DNA of 64,000 bases from Maribacter algarum (ex Lu et al. 2025) (nom. illeg.) (GCA_947495915.1 CANMAW010000006.1:170882-234881), one strand, 5' to 3'. Positions 9,414 to 19,767 are shown, numbered from the stretch's first letter. Numbers and translations are program-made. The notes: generated from the sequence alone by a model not told the origin.

Positions 9414-10973
9414 TTACTCTTTTACTGGTTTATCTACAACCACGCGTTCTTGTCTGTTGGCAACCTCCCATGCGGTATGAAACACTAATCTAGATCTATT
9501 TTGTAGTAAATCGTAGTTAATTTTGTCTGGAGTATCACCTGGGCGATGATAATCTTCATGCGTACCATTAAAGTAAAAAATGATAGGAATGTTATTTTTA
9601 GCAAAATTGTAATGATCACTTCGGTAATAAAAACGATTTGGGTCATTTTCATCATTATAAGTGTAGTCAAGCTCAATCTTCATGAATTTCTCATTAACCG
9701 CTTCTGATATTTCATGCAATTCAGTACTTAATTTATCTGAACCAATTAAATAGATATAATTTCGATCTCCTTCACGTTTCGGATCAATTCTACCAATCAT
9801 ATCAATATTCAAATTAGCAACTGTCTGCGCTAATGGGAAAATTGGATCATAATCGGTATAATATTGAGAGCCAAGCAATCCTTTTTCTTCACCGGTAACA
9901 TGAAGAAAGACTATAGACCTTTTGGGCGTATTACCTGATTCGGCCGCTACTTTAAAGGCTTCTGCAATCTCAAGTAGGGCAACTGTACCAGAACCATCAT
10001 CATCGGCTCCATTATTGATTTCACCTTCAGCAGTAACACCAATATGGTCTAAATGTGATGATATTACCACATACTCATCGGGCTTTTCAGAACCTTTGAG
10101 CACGGCAACTACGTTTTCTGAGTTTACTTCGTTATCGCTACTTTTTACATCTATAACAATTTTGGCAGACATCTCTTTCGCAGTTGAATCTTCATTTATA
10201 GTGCTAAATAAGGCTATTGCAAGTGAGTTGTCAATATAAAAAGTGGTAAAAACCTGTTTTTCATCAGTTTGAATACTCATGCTGCCGCTGTCAGCACTCT
10301 TTCTGTAATCGAACCGACTTTTAAAACGAGAAAAATTGTTTTCGTCAAAATAAAAAATTCCTTTAGCACCTTTGTCTTTTGCAATTTTAATTCTTTTGCT
10401 CAATGATTCCGATACATTACTCCAAACTGATTTTTCTTGGGTTCCAGAAATAACATAGTTACTATCACTAGCGATGGGTTCGCCTGCCTTTATCAAAACG
10501 TATTGATCAGAAACATCAATGTTTTGGTAATCAGAATAGTTTTCATCTTCAATACCATAACCAGCATATACAAAACCATTTAAAGTATCAATAGCTTTTG
10601 AGAAAGACAGAATATGTTCTCCCAAACTATACTCTACATCATTGATTGTTATTTTTCCTGAAGGAATTTTACTAATCTCAAGCGGCACTTTTTGAAAATA
10701 ATCACCATTATCTTTTGCAGCTGAAATTCCTAGTTTCTCATAAGCGGTTTTTAAATATGCTATGGCCTTTTTCTGGCCTTCAGTTCCAGTTTCTCTTCCT
10801 TCATACTCATCAGAGGCATAAATATATAAATGCTCTTTTAGTTCTTCTTCGGTAATAGTCTCTGCCAGTTCTGTAACAGAAATAGTCCGTTTTTCAGCCA
10901 CTTCTTTAACCGTTTTTTGAGAAGAATTGCATCCAACAGCACAAACTGCTGCAAGTAAAATAAGTTTTTTCAT
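9414..10973 (-). CDS. M28 family aminopeptidase lipoprotein with PA (protease-associated) insert
   Basis: Lipoprotein signal (LLAAVCAVGCNSS). M28 zinc-ligand motifs SSHLDHIGV, NNGADDDGSGTVALLEIAEAF, TGEEKGLLGS and HEDYHRPGD. Confidence 0.8.
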   Translation of the reverse strand: MKKLILLAAVCAVGCNSSQKTVKEVAEKRTISVTELAETITEEELKEHLYIYASDEYEGRETGTEGQKKAIAYLKTAYEKLGISAAKDNGDYFQKVPLEISKIPSGKITINDVEYSLGEHILSFSKAIDTLNGFVYAGYGIEDENYSDYQNIDVSDQYVLIKAGEPIASDSNYVISGTQEKSVWSNVSESLSKRIKIAKDKGAKGIFYFDENNFSRFKSRFDYRKSADSGSMSIQTDEKQVFTTFYIDNSLAIALFSTINEDSTAKEMSAKIVIDVKSSDNEVNSENVVAVLKGSEKPDEYVVISSHLDHIGVTAEGEINNGADDDGSGTVALLEIAEAFKVAAESGNTPKRSIVFLHVTGEEKGLLGSQYYTDYDPIFPLAQTVANLNIDMIGRIDPKREGDRNYIYLIGSDKLSTELHEISEAVNEKFMKIELDYTYNDENDPNRFYYRSDHYNFAKNNIPIIFYFNGTHEDYHRPGDTPDKINYDLLQNRSRLVFHTAWEVANRQERVVVDKPVKE

Positions 10974-11083
10974 ATAATTTTCATGATTTAAAAATCTACC
11001 AAAAATACTAAATTCTCAAGGAAGTTAAAACGGACCTAGAACTAGACTTTTTTGAGTAACTTGTAATGGTAAAATGTAGTTAA

Positions 11084-12271
11084 ATGAAGAATTTTATAGG
11101 TACCTTTCTAATATTACTTTTAATTTCTGCTTGTAAAGAAAAAACTAAACTTGAAAATAAAATTACTACAACTACTGTGCTATCGTTAAAATCAAAAATA
11201 TCTCCTGATGATTTCAAAGCTGTTATTGACAAAGATTCCGTAAATTTTTATGTGTTACGAAATATAAATGGCCTTGAGGCAACTTTCACAAACTACGGCC
11301 AACGATTAATATCGCTTTACGTTCCTGATAAAAATGGAAAATTTAAAGATGTAGTCTTAGGCCATGCAACCTTAAAAGAATATGTAAACGAACCTAAAGG
11401 GTATTATGGCGCTGTCATTGGTCGCTATGGAAATCGTATTGCAAAAGGTTTATTTTCCTTAGGAGATACTAAGTATCATTTAGCAGTAAACAATAATGAA
11501 AACCATCTACATGGAGGCAATCTTGGGTTCGAAAGCGTAGTTTGGAAGGTTATAAATCAGACTTCGCAATCAATAGAATTTTCTCGACTTTCACCTGATA
11601 TGGAAGAAGGATACCCAGGCAATTTAATGGTTCATGTTTCTTATGTTTTAACCGACAGTAATGAATTAAAGATATCTTATCGAGCAGAAACTGATAAAAG
11701 CACAGTAGTGAATCTTACACATCATTCTTTCTTTAATTTAAAAGGAGAAGGGGTAGGCAATGTTAATGATCATTTATTGATGATTAACGCTGATCGATAC
11801 ACTCCTGTAGATGCGGGCCTAATACCAACAGGAGAATTAAAAGAAGTGCAAGGCACTCCTTTAGATTTCAGAAAAATCAAAGCAATTGGAAGTGATTTAG
11901 AATCAGATTTTGAACAATTGAAAATAGCAAAGGGTTATGATCACAATTTTGTTTTAAATGATTCACCACAAAATAATGAAGGATTGACATTTGCCGCTAA
12001 AGTGATCGAGCCTACAAGTGGTCGTAAGTTAGAAGTTTACACAGATGAACCCGGGATACAGTTTTATGGCGGGAATTTTTTAAATGGAAAAATAATTGGT
12101 AAAAATGGAAAACCCCATTTATTTCGAGGTTCTTTTAGTTTAGAAACGCAACACTATCCTGATTCACCAAATCAACCCGATTTTCCTAGTACTACACTTG
12201 AACCAGGAAACATTTATGTTTCTAATTGTGTATATAAATTCGGAATAGTAGACGCAAATGAATTGCCTTAA
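11084..12271 (+). CDS. galM: Aldose 1-epimerase (galactose mutarotase), predicted lipoprotein
   Basis: GRYGNRIAKG, NHLHGG, THHSFFNL and GYDHNF motifs of the mutarotase family. N-terminal LLLISAC lipobox. Confidence 0.85.
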   Translation: MKNFIGTFLILLLISACKEKTKLENKITTTTVLSLKSKISPDDFKAVIDKDSVNFYVLRNINGLEATFTNYGQRLISLYVPDKNGKFKDVVLGHATLKEYVNEPKGYYGAVIGRYGNRIAKGLFSLGDTKYHLAVNNNENHLHGGNLGFESVVWKVINQTSQSIEFSRLSPDMEEGYPGNLMVHVSYVLTDSNELKISYRAETDKSTVVNLTHHSFFNLKGEGVGNVNDHLLMINADRYTPVDAGLIPTGELKEVQGTPLDFRKIKAIGSDLESDFEQLKIAKGYDHNFVLNDSPQNNEGLTFAAKVIEPTSGRKLEVYTDEPGIQFYGGNFLNGKIIGKNGKPHLFRGSFSLETQHYPDSPNQPDFPSTTLEPGNIYVSNCVYKFGIVDANELP

Positions 12272-12285
12272 ATTATCGTTGCTAA

Positions 12286-13137
12286 CTATACCCTTTGAAA
12301 CAGGCTTTGGCGATATTTTGAGGCAACAATACCCTTATGGGTTTTGAATTTTTTATTAAAATTTGAAATCGATTTAAATCCTGACAATTCGGCTATTTGT
12401 GCTATTGAATAATACTTTTCGCTCAGCAGTAATTGGCTGGCGTGCTCGATACGTAATTCTATTAAAAATTGAAAAAAGGTTTTATTTGTTCTTTGCTTAA
12501 AGAATTTACAAAAAGCATTCGGAGTCATAAATGCTAATTTGGCAATTGTATCTAATTTCACTTCTCCTTGAAAATTGTGTAGTGCATAGTCAAAAACAAC
12601 TTGCAACCGTTCGCCAACAATTAGTTTAGTTTCCTTTGGATACACAAAAGTTGTTAAAGATTTTCTTTTTGCCTTACATATAATGCTTAACAACTGTAAA
12701 AACAAAACGAGTCGAGACAGTTTTGATGAATCTGGCAATTGCAACATTAGTTTTTTGATACTGTTTTTATCTGATAATAACTGAAATCCGTTTTGAGCAA
12801 TTAAAAAAAAAGGTCTGATTTCTTCCAAATCTGGCAAGTCAAAAAAACCATGACCTAAGGTGTCTTTGGTGAAAAATAAAGAAATCATTTGTACATTTTT
12901 TTTATCGCGATCATTCTTAAACAAATGTGGACTGTTTGCTCCTATAACGAAAATGTCATTGTCTTTGAAATAATGCACGCTATCACCAATCAACAGTTTT
13001 CCTTTACCCTTGACAACAATACTCAATTGCAATTCTTTGTGTTGATGCAAATGCTGATAGAAATCAATTGAATTTATAACCTGAACGGTTAAATTTTCAT
13101 TAGGATGCTGGGCAACATGAAATGATTGAATCTTCAT
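12286..13137 (-). CDS. AraC family transcriptional regulator (cupin sensor domain + HTH_18)
   Basis: C-terminal double HTH (FMTPNAFCKFFKQRTNKTFFQFLIELRIEHASQLL...IAELSGFKSISNFNKKFK). Divergent from the hydroxyproline operon. Confidence 0.85.
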   Translation of the reverse strand: MKIQSFHVAQHPNENLTVQVINSIDFYQHLHQHKELQLSIVVKGKGKLLIGDSVHYFKDNDIFVIGANSPHLFKNDRDKKNVQMISLFFTKDTLGHGFFDLPDLEEIRPFFLIAQNGFQLLSDKNSIKKLMLQLPDSSKLSRLVLFLQLLSIICKAKRKSLTTFVYPKETKLIVGERLQVVFDYALHNFQGEVKLDTIAKLAFMTPNAFCKFFKQRTNKTFFQFLIELRIEHASQLLLSEKYYSIAQIAELSGFKSISNFNKKFKTHKGIVASKYRQSLFQRV

Positions 13138-13179
13138 AATTGATCATATATTATGCAATAACTTTATAAAGCATATCTG

Positions 13180-13213
13180 TTTTGGATAATATAAGCGCTT
13201 TTTTGGATAATAT
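13180..13213. promoter_or_regulatory. Two direct copies of TTTTGGATAATAT, 21 bp start to start: candidate AraC-type operator
   Basis: Exact 13-mers at 13180..13192 and 13201..13213, in the 138 bp divergent intergenic region. They lie about 30 nt upstream of a TATTTTTG -7 box at 13243..13250. Confidence 0.5.
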
Positions 13214-13275
13214 GAAATTAACCACCGAGCTACTATTGCTTTTATTTTTGCTTTAAACTTAAAAAATCAATTTTC

Positions 13276-14208
13276 ATGAATGTAAAATGGACAGGAGTAA
13301 TGCCAGCGGTCACTACCAAATTTACCGCGAACGACGCCTTAGATATGAATATGTTTGAATTAAATATTAATGCACAGCTCGAGGCTGGGGTGAGTGGTAT
13401 TATTCTTGGCGGTACTCTTGGTGAGGCGAGTACCTTAGACGATCATGAAAAAGAGGTGTTGATTAAAGAAACAGTCAGAATTGTTAACGCAAAAGTTCCC
13501 GTGGTTATTAATATTGCTGCGCAAACAACAACCGGTGCGATTGAAGCTGCTAAAAATGCTAAAAAATTCGGAGCCAATGGATTAATGATTTTACCACCAA
13601 TGCGATATAAATCTACTGATTTTGAAACGGTAAAATATTTTAGTAGCATAGCGAATTCTACTGATTTACCCATAATGATATATAACAATCCAATAGATTA
13701 TAAAATTGAAGTAACCTTAGATATGTTAGAAGAGTTAATGGCATTTGAAAATATTAGAGCTGTTAAAGAATCTACTAGAGATATATCAAATGTAACTCGA
13801 ATTAGAAATCGATTTGGTGATCGCTTAAATATTTTGTGCGGGGTTGATACGTTAGCCTTAGAGAGTATTGCTGCAGGTGCCGATGGGTGGGTGGCTGGTC
13901 TAGTTTGTGCTTTTCCAGCTGAAACAGTGGCAATTTGTAATTTGGTAAAGGCAGGCCGTTTAGCCGATGCACTGAAAATATACCGTTGGTTTATGCCTTT
14001 ATTAGAATTAGATATTAGCCCGCAATTAGTACAAAATATTAAGCTAGCTGAATTTAATACAGGTTTAGGTACCGAATATGTACGTGAACCACGATTACCA
14101 CTACAGGGAGAAGAACGTCTAAGGGTTCAAAAAATAATAGATGAAGGCTTAAAAAACAGACCTGTACTTCCTAAAGATTATAAATCTTTGGTTAAAATTT
14201 TAAAATGA
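13276..14208 (+). CDS. Dihydrodipicolinate synthase/N-acetylneuraminate lyase family protein, probable delta1-pyrroline-4-hydroxy-2-carboxylate deaminase
   Basis: 310 aa DHDPS-fold sequence (GGTLGEASTL, YNNP, KES lysine region). Function inferred from its position in the hydroxyproline catabolic cluster. Confidence 0.7.
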   Translation: MNVKWTGVMPAVTTKFTANDALDMNMFELNINAQLEAGVSGIILGGTLGEASTLDDHEKEVLIKETVRIVNAKVPVVINIAAQTTTGAIEAAKNAKKFGANGLMILPPMRYKSTDFETVKYFSSIANSTDLPIMIYNNPIDYKIEVTLDMLEELMAFENIRAVKESTRDISNVTRIRNRFGDRLNILCGVDTLALESIAAGADGWVAGLVCAFPAETVAICNLVKAGRLADALKIYRWFMPLLELDISPQLVQNIKLAEFNTGLGTEYVREPRLPLQGEERLRVQKIIDEGLKNRPVLPKDYKSLVKILK

Positions 14209-14439
14209 CCTAAATCAAATTATCAATTAAATCTAGTCTTTTAATTCTGTTGCTACTTTGAGTTGTACTTTTGATTATTCTATATCAGCACCCTAAAGTA
14301 AGGTGATTATTATGAAGATTTACTTAGATTTATAAATGACTTATTTGAATAAAGCATCTACTTAAAAGCGTCGTAATTCTTTCATAAGGAGATGTAGCAG
14401 ATTTGGTCTGATAGCACAATTGAAAAGTTTAAAAAATTT

Positions 14440-16023
14440 ATGATTACAGGAAAAAATTATATTGGAAATCGATTAGCAGGTGGTGGTTCTAAAACTTACA
14501 AAACCTTTAATCCTCTTCTTAATATCGAAAATGGTCAGCAGTTTATTGAAGCGACTACAGAAGAAATTAATGAGGCGGTATTTTTAGCAACTGATGCCTA
14601 TTTAATTTATAATCAGAAATCTGGAAGTGAAAAAGCCCAGTTTTTACGTGCTATTGCTGATGAAATATTAGATTTAGATGATAGCCTTATACAAATGTAT
14701 TGCTCAGAGTCTGGTTTGCCAGAAGGTCGTGCAAAAGGTGAACGAGGTAGAACAATTGGTCAGTTGCGAGCATTTGCTGATTTACTAGAAGAAGGCTCGT
14801 GGGTGAATGCAACAATTGATACAGCTCAACCAGATCGCACTCCCTTACCAAAACCAGACTTAAGAAAAATGTTAGTACCCTTGGGACCTGTTGTTGTATT
14901 CGGTGCAAGTAATTTTCCTTTTGCCTTTTCTACGGCTGGTGGTGATACCGCTTCGGCTTTAGCTGCTGGTTGTCCTGTTATCGTAAAGTCGCATCCAATG
15001 CATGCAGGTACGGGTGAGATGGTTGCCTCTGCAGTTATTAATGCAGCCGAAAAAACTGGAATGCCAAATGGAGTCTTTTCAAATTTGAATAGTGGAGGCA
15101 TTGAAGTTGGGGTTCAATTGGTACAACATAATCAAGTTAAAGCAATAGGTTTTACGGGTAGTATTAAAGGAGGTAGAGCTCTTTATGATTTGGCGGCAAA
15201 GCGAGCAGAACCAATTCCGGTTTTTGCAGAAATGGGTAGTATCAATCCTGTGATTATGCTTCCTAAGGCTTTGAATGATCGAGGTCAAGAATTGGCAATA
15301 ACCTATGCAAATTCTATTACAGTTGGATCGGGACAGTTTTGTACAAATCCAGGACTTCTTTTGGGCATTAAAGGAGAATCGTTTGATAAGTTTATTGAAA
15401 TGTTGGCTGAAGAAATAGTAAAAATTGAACCTTCTTGTATGTTGCATCCAAATATTATTGGAGCATACGAAAAAAATAAGAAAAATGCAGTAGCTCAAAA
15501 CGGACTTGAAGTTGCTGCAGACTATCAAAAACAGGTATCACCAAACTATGCAAGACAAGCAGTTGTAACAGTAGAAGGGAAAACATTTCAAGAAAATTCA
15601 CAATTACATCAAGAAGTATTCGGACCTTTTTCTATGGTCGTGCAATGTGAAAATGCTAAAGAACTAGAGGCGATCGTTGCTAATTTAGAAGGTCAATTGA
15701 CAGGAACTATAATTTCAGATAACAATGAAATTAAAGAATATCCTTTGATAGTTGCAGCTTTGCAAAATAGAGTAGGGCGTATCATTTTTAATGGTGTTCC
15801 TACTGGAGTTGAAGTTTGCCCTGCAATGCAACATGGTGGACCATACCCAGCTTCGACTGATAGTCGTTTTACGGCAGTAGGTACACAATCAATTAAAAGA
15901 TGGGTACGACCTTTTAGCTATCAAAACTGGCCTGATGAATTACTGCCACGTGAATTGCGAAATGCAAATCCGCTTGATATCATACGATCGGTTGACGGAA
16001 AACAAACAAAAAAAGCACTATAA
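14440..16023 (+). CDS. Aldehyde dehydrogenase, probable alpha-ketoglutarate semialdehyde dehydrogenase
   Basis: 527 aa ALDH superfamily protein (FTGS, EMGSINP, GQFCTNPG catalytic Cys region). Function inferred from operon context. Confidence 0.75.
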   Translation: MITGKNYIGNRLAGGGSKTYKTFNPLLNIENGQQFIEATTEEINEAVFLATDAYLIYNQKSGSEKAQFLRAIADEILDLDDSLIQMYCSESGLPEGRAKGERGRTIGQLRAFADLLEEGSWVNATIDTAQPDRTPLPKPDLRKMLVPLGPVVVFGASNFPFAFSTAGGDTASALAAGCPVIVKSHPMHAGTGEMVASAVINAAEKTGMPNGVFSNLNSGGIEVGVQLVQHNQVKAIGFTGSIKGGRALYDLAAKRAEPIPVFAEMGSINPVIMLPKALNDRGQELAITYANSITVGSGQFCTNPGLLLGIKGESFDKFIEMLAEEIVKIEPSCMLHPNIIGAYEKNKKNAVAQNGLEVAADYQKQVSPNYARQAVVTVEGKTFQENSQLHQEVFGPFSMVVQCENAKELEAIVANLEGQLTGTIISDNNEIKEYPLIVAALQNRVGRIIFNGVPTGVEVCPAMQHGGPYPASTDSRFTAVGTQSIKRWVRPFSYQNWPDELLPRELRNANPLDIIRSVDGKQTKKAL

Positions 16024-16034
16024 AACAAAAGCGT

Positions 16035-17042
16035 ATGGCTCGATCTGTTTTTACCTGTATTGATGCACATACTTGTGGTAACCCAGTTCGGGTAATAAGC
16101 GCCGGTGGACCTGATTTAAAAGGTACCACTATGAGCGAGAAACGTCAACATTTTATCAAAGAATACGATTGGATTCGCAAAGGCTTGATGTTTGAGCCAC
16201 GAGGACATGATATGATGAGTGGTAGTATTTTTTATCCACCAGAAAATCCAAAAAATGATTTCGGAATTCTTTTTATTGAAACCAGTGGGTGTCTGCCCAT
16301 GTGCGGACACGGAACGATTGGTGCCATTACGATTGGCATTGAAGAAGGGTTGATTATTCCCAAAATGAAAGGCAAAGTACGTATGGAAACGCCCGCTGGG
16401 TTAGTTCTAATTGAATATTTACAAAAAGGCGCTAAAGTAGCGTGGGTAAAACTGAAGAATGTCAAATCATATTTAGCTGTTTCTAACTTAAAAATAACTA
16501 GTTCAATACTAGGGGAATTGGTTTTTGATGTTTCCTACGGAGGAAATTTTTATGCCATTATTGATCCACAGAAAAATTTTAAAGGCATACAAGATTATAC
16601 GGCAAGTCAGCTAGTTCAATATAGTCAAGAAATCCGCCAGAAAATAAACGAAAAATATCGTAACCAATTTGTACACCCTGAAGATGCTACTATTCGAGAT
16701 ATCAGTCATATTTTGTGGACGGGAGACACGATTTCTTCTGAAGCAACGGCCAGAAATGCGGTATTTTATGGTGACAAAGCTATTGATCGTTCACCCTGTG
16801 GTACCGGTACTTCGGCACGCATGGCGCAATGGCATGCACAAGGAAAGTTAAAAGTTGGAGAAGCCTTTATTCATGAAAGTTTTATAGGATCAAAATTTAT
16901 CGGAAGGGTAGAGGAAGAGACTAAAATTAATGGATTGAAGGCCATAGTGCCGAGCATTCAAGGTTGGGCAAAAATATATGGGCATAATACCATTAGTATT
17001 GATGATGATGACCCCTACGCCCACGGATTTCAAGTAATATGA
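16035..17042 (+). CDS. 4-hydroxyproline 2-epimerase (proline racemase family)
   Basis: Both catalytic cysteines of the racemase/epimerase subclass are present (PMCGHGTIG and DRSPCGTGTSARMA). Function inferred from operon context. Confidence 0.8.
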   Translation: MARSVFTCIDAHTCGNPVRVISAGGPDLKGTTMSEKRQHFIKEYDWIRKGLMFEPRGHDMMSGSIFYPPENPKNDFGILFIETSGCLPMCGHGTIGAITIGIEEGLIIPKMKGKVRMETPAGLVLIEYLQKGAKVAWVKLKNVKSYLAVSNLKITSSILGELVFDVSYGGNFYAIIDPQKNFKGIQDYTASQLVQYSQEIRQKINEKYRNQFVHPEDATIRDISHILWTGDTISSEATARNAVFYGDKAIDRSPCGTGTSARMAQWHAQGKLKVGEAFIHESFIGSKFIGRVEEETKINGLKAIVPSIQGWAKIYGHNTISIDDDDPYAHGFQVI

Positions 17043-18289
17043 GTAAAAATATTGTAATTGTTGGTGGCGGAATTGTAGGCTTATGCACTGCTTATTTTTT
17101 GAATAAAGAAGGACATAATGTATCCGTCATTGATAAATCTGATATTACCTCGGGAGCTTCTTTTGTGAATGCAGGTTACATAACACCAAGTCATATTATT
17201 CCGATGGCGTCACCAGGTAAAATTACACAAGGACTCAAATGGATGTTCAATTCTGCCAGTCCGTTTTACATGAAACCGCGTTGGGATGTTGATTTCTTTA
17301 AATGGTCATGGTATTTTCATAAATCTTCAACAGCAGCAAAAGTTGCCAAAGCAATTCCTTTTATTAAAGATATTAATCTGCTAAGTTTCGATTTATATCA
17401 AGGCATTAAAGATTCGGGAGATTTGGGTGATTTTCAGCTAGAACGCAAAGGGCTTTTAATGTTATATAAAACACAAAAGTCTTTTGACCATGAAATGGCA
17501 GTTGCAGAAAAGGCAAAATTTTTAGGTTTAGAAGTTAAGCAGCTAGATAAAAAAGCACTTTCATTAGTAGAACCAAATATTGAAATTGATGCCCAAGGCG
17601 CTATTCATTATGAATGTGATGGCCATACCACACCTACGGAATTTATGCCGAAAATGTTGGCTTATTTAAAGTCTGTCGATGTTACTATTAAGACGAATGA
17701 AGAGGTGTTGGGTATTTCTGTTTCCAAGGGCAAGATAAGTGAAATAAAAACCAATTTAAATAACTACACTCCCGATGAAGTTGTTTTAGCCGCCGGTTCA
17801 TGGAGCGGTGTTTTGGCTAAAAAACTTGAGATGAAGTTGCCACTACAAGCTGGAAAGGGGTATCGTATAAATGTGGAACGCTCTACGGGTATACAAATGC
17901 CATCAATATTGATGGAATCAAGCATGGCGGTTACACCCATGAATGGTTTTACAAGATTTGCTGGCACCATGGAGTTTTCTGGTATCAATACAACCATTCG
18001 AAAAGAACGTGTCGCAGCCATTGCCAAGGGAGCATCCAATTTTTACCCCAATCTTAAAATCAATATTGATGAGATGAATGCTGCTAAAACAGGTATGCGA
18101 CCAGTTACACCTGACGGGCTCCCTTATATCGGTAAATCAGATACAATCAGCAATCTTACTTTCGCTACAGGTCATGCGATGATGGGTTGGAGTTTAGGTC
18201 CCGCAACTGGTAAATTAGTTTCTGAGCTTATTAATGAACAACGAACATCAATGAATATTTCTGCTTTTAACCCCAATAGAAAATTTTGA
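17039..18289 (+). CDS. FAD-dependent oxidoreductase, probable D-hydroxyproline dehydrogenase (DAO family)
   Basis: N-terminal VIVGGGIVGLCTAYFL dinucleotide fold. ATGA start/stop overlap with the epimerase gene suggests translational coupling. Confidence 0.75.
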   Translation: MSKNIVIVGGGIVGLCTAYFLNKEGHNVSVIDKSDITSGASFVNAGYITPSHIIPMASPGKITQGLKWMFNSASPFYMKPRWDVDFFKWSWYFHKSSTAAKVAKAIPFIKDINLLSFDLYQGIKDSGDLGDFQLERKGLLMLYKTQKSFDHEMAVAEKAKFLGLEVKQLDKKALSLVEPNIEIDAQGAIHYECDGHTTPTEFMPKMLAYLKSVDVTIKTNEEVLGISVSKGKISEIKTNLNNYTPDEVVLAAGSWSGVLAKKLEMKLPLQAGKGYRINVERSTGIQMPSILMESSMAVTPMNGFTRFAGTMEFSGINTTIRKERVAAIAKGASNFYPNLKINIDEMNAAKTGMRPVTPDGLPYIGKSDTISNLTFATGHAMMGWSLGPATGKLVSELINEQRTSMNISAFNPNRKF

Positions 18290-18381
18290 TTGTTTTATAA
18301 CAAAAACAGACAACGAAACATACTATTTGGCTTCATGAAATCGACCTTGTGTCGTATCTTTGAGTAGTAAAATTTCGTATC

Positions 18382-19761
18382 ATGGATGTTGAAATTCTAG
18401 CCCGTATTCAGTTCGCTTTCACAATTGCATTTCATTACATTTACCCACCTTTAAGTATCGGAATTGGCTTACTAATGGTAGTCTTTGAAAGCCGTTATAT
18501 TATAACCAAAAATCAAGAGTACCACACCCTTGCAAAATTCTGGACCAAGATTTTCGCGCTTACTTTTGGTATTGGTGTAGTTACAGGTATTGTAATGGAA
18601 TTTGAATTCGGAACCAATTGGGCAGTATATTCAAGATATGTGGGCGATATTTTTGGTAGTGCATTAGCAGCAGAAGGCATTTTTGCTTTTGCATTAGAAA
18701 GCGGATTTTTAGGGGTGCTACTATTTGGTTGGAACCGAGTAAAACCTTGGGTACACTTAGTTTCAACCATAGGTGTGTTTTTAGGCTCCATGTTTTCTGC
18801 AATTTGGATTGTAGTAGCAAACAGTTGGCAACAGACTCCGGCAGGGTATCATATCGTTGGTGAAGGGTTGCATGCCAGAGCTGAAATTACAGATTTTTGG
18901 GCTATGGTATTTAATCCCTCAAGTGTAGATCGTATTTTACATGTTTGGTTGGGGGCTTTCTTGGCGGGTGCATTTTTGATATTAAGTGTTCATGCCTATT
19001 ATATTATCAAAGGTCGCTACGTAGCAATTTCTAAAAAAGCGTTTAAAATTACTTTGGCTGTCGCTACCCTATTTTCATTGGCACAACTAGCAACTGGTCA
19101 TAGTTCAGCGGAAGGCGTTGCTAAAAATCAACCAGCAAAGCTTGCAGCCATGGAAGGTCATTTTGAGGCATCTGCTCCTGCAGATATGTATTTGTTAGGA
19201 TGGGTTGACAAAGAAAAACAAGAAGTAACAGGATTGAAAATACCTGGAGGCTTATCCTTTCTACTTGACTATGATTTCGAAACACCGGTGACAGGGCTGA
19301 ATGCTTTTCCTGAAGAAGATCGTCCTTCACAGGTGAATGCTGTATTTCAATTTTATCATATTATGATCAGCATTGGTATGTTTTTGATCGCCCTATCGCT
19401 TTATGCTTGTTTTCTATGGTGGCGCGGTGCCTTGTTTAAACGAAAATGGTTGCTGTGGGTTTTCGTGTTCACGGCCTTTCTACCTCAAATAGCGAATCAA
19501 GTAGGTTGGTTTGCAGCTGAAATGGGGAGACAACCATGGGTAGTTTATGGATTGCTTCGAACTTCAGATGCTTTTTCGCAAGCGGTATCCGCTAATCAAA
19601 TTTTGTTTTCATTGATTCTATTCATGGTAGTGTATGCCATTCTGTTTTTACTATTTGTATACCTTTTAAATAAAAAAATCAAACATGGGCCATATGATGA
19701 AGATGATGATGATGACCGACGCTTAACACGAGAGATAACTGATGTTGTAATAGGAAACTAA
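18382..19761 (+). CDS. cydA: Cytochrome bd ubiquinol oxidase subunit I
   Basis: N-terminal [22 protein letters not shown] and [16 protein letters not shown] motifs are characteristic of CydA. Confidence 0.9.
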   Translation: MDVEILARIQFAFTIAFHYIYPPLSIGIGLLMVVFESRYIITKNQEYHTLAKFWTKIFALTFGIGVVTGIVMEFEFGTNWAVYSRYVGDIFGSALAAEGIFAFALESGFLGVLLFGWNRVKPWVHLVSTIGVFLGSMFSAIWIVVANSWQQTPAGYHIVGEGLHARAEITDFWAMVFNPSSVDRILHVWLGAFLAGAFLILSVHAYYIIKGRYVAISKKAFKITLAVATLFSLAQLATGHSSAEGVAKNQPAKLAAMEGHFEASAPADMYLLGWVDKEKQEVTGLKIPGGLSFLLDYDFETPVTGLNAFPEEDRPSQVNAVFQFYHIMISIGMFLIALSLYACFLWWRGALFKRKWLLWVFVFTAFLPQIANQVGWFAAEMGRQPWVVYGLLRTSDAFSQAVSANQILFSLILFMVVYAILFLLFVYLLNKKIKHGPYDEDDDDDRRLTREITDVVIGN

Positions 19762-19767
19762 AAGAGT

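Noticed and set aside
9922-10239. Antisense or overlapping ORFs of 60-150 aa inside larger genes (for example 1081..1338, 9922..10239, 15079..15528, 22524..22913, 37684..38061, 43591..43923, 57009..57350, 60452..60850)
   Set aside because: Each lies wholly within a longer ORF that has clear family motifs on the other strand or frame. Their sequences are low-complexity (Ser/Thr/Ile-rich), as expected from reverse-reading AT-rich coding DNA.
18287-18310. TTGTT-TTAT-AACAA inverted repeat after the D-Hyp dehydrogenase stop, as a Crp/Fnr-type site for cydAB
   Set aside because: Only 5 bp arms in very AT-rich DNA, which is well within chance expectation. It does not match the TTGAT-N4-ATCAA core.
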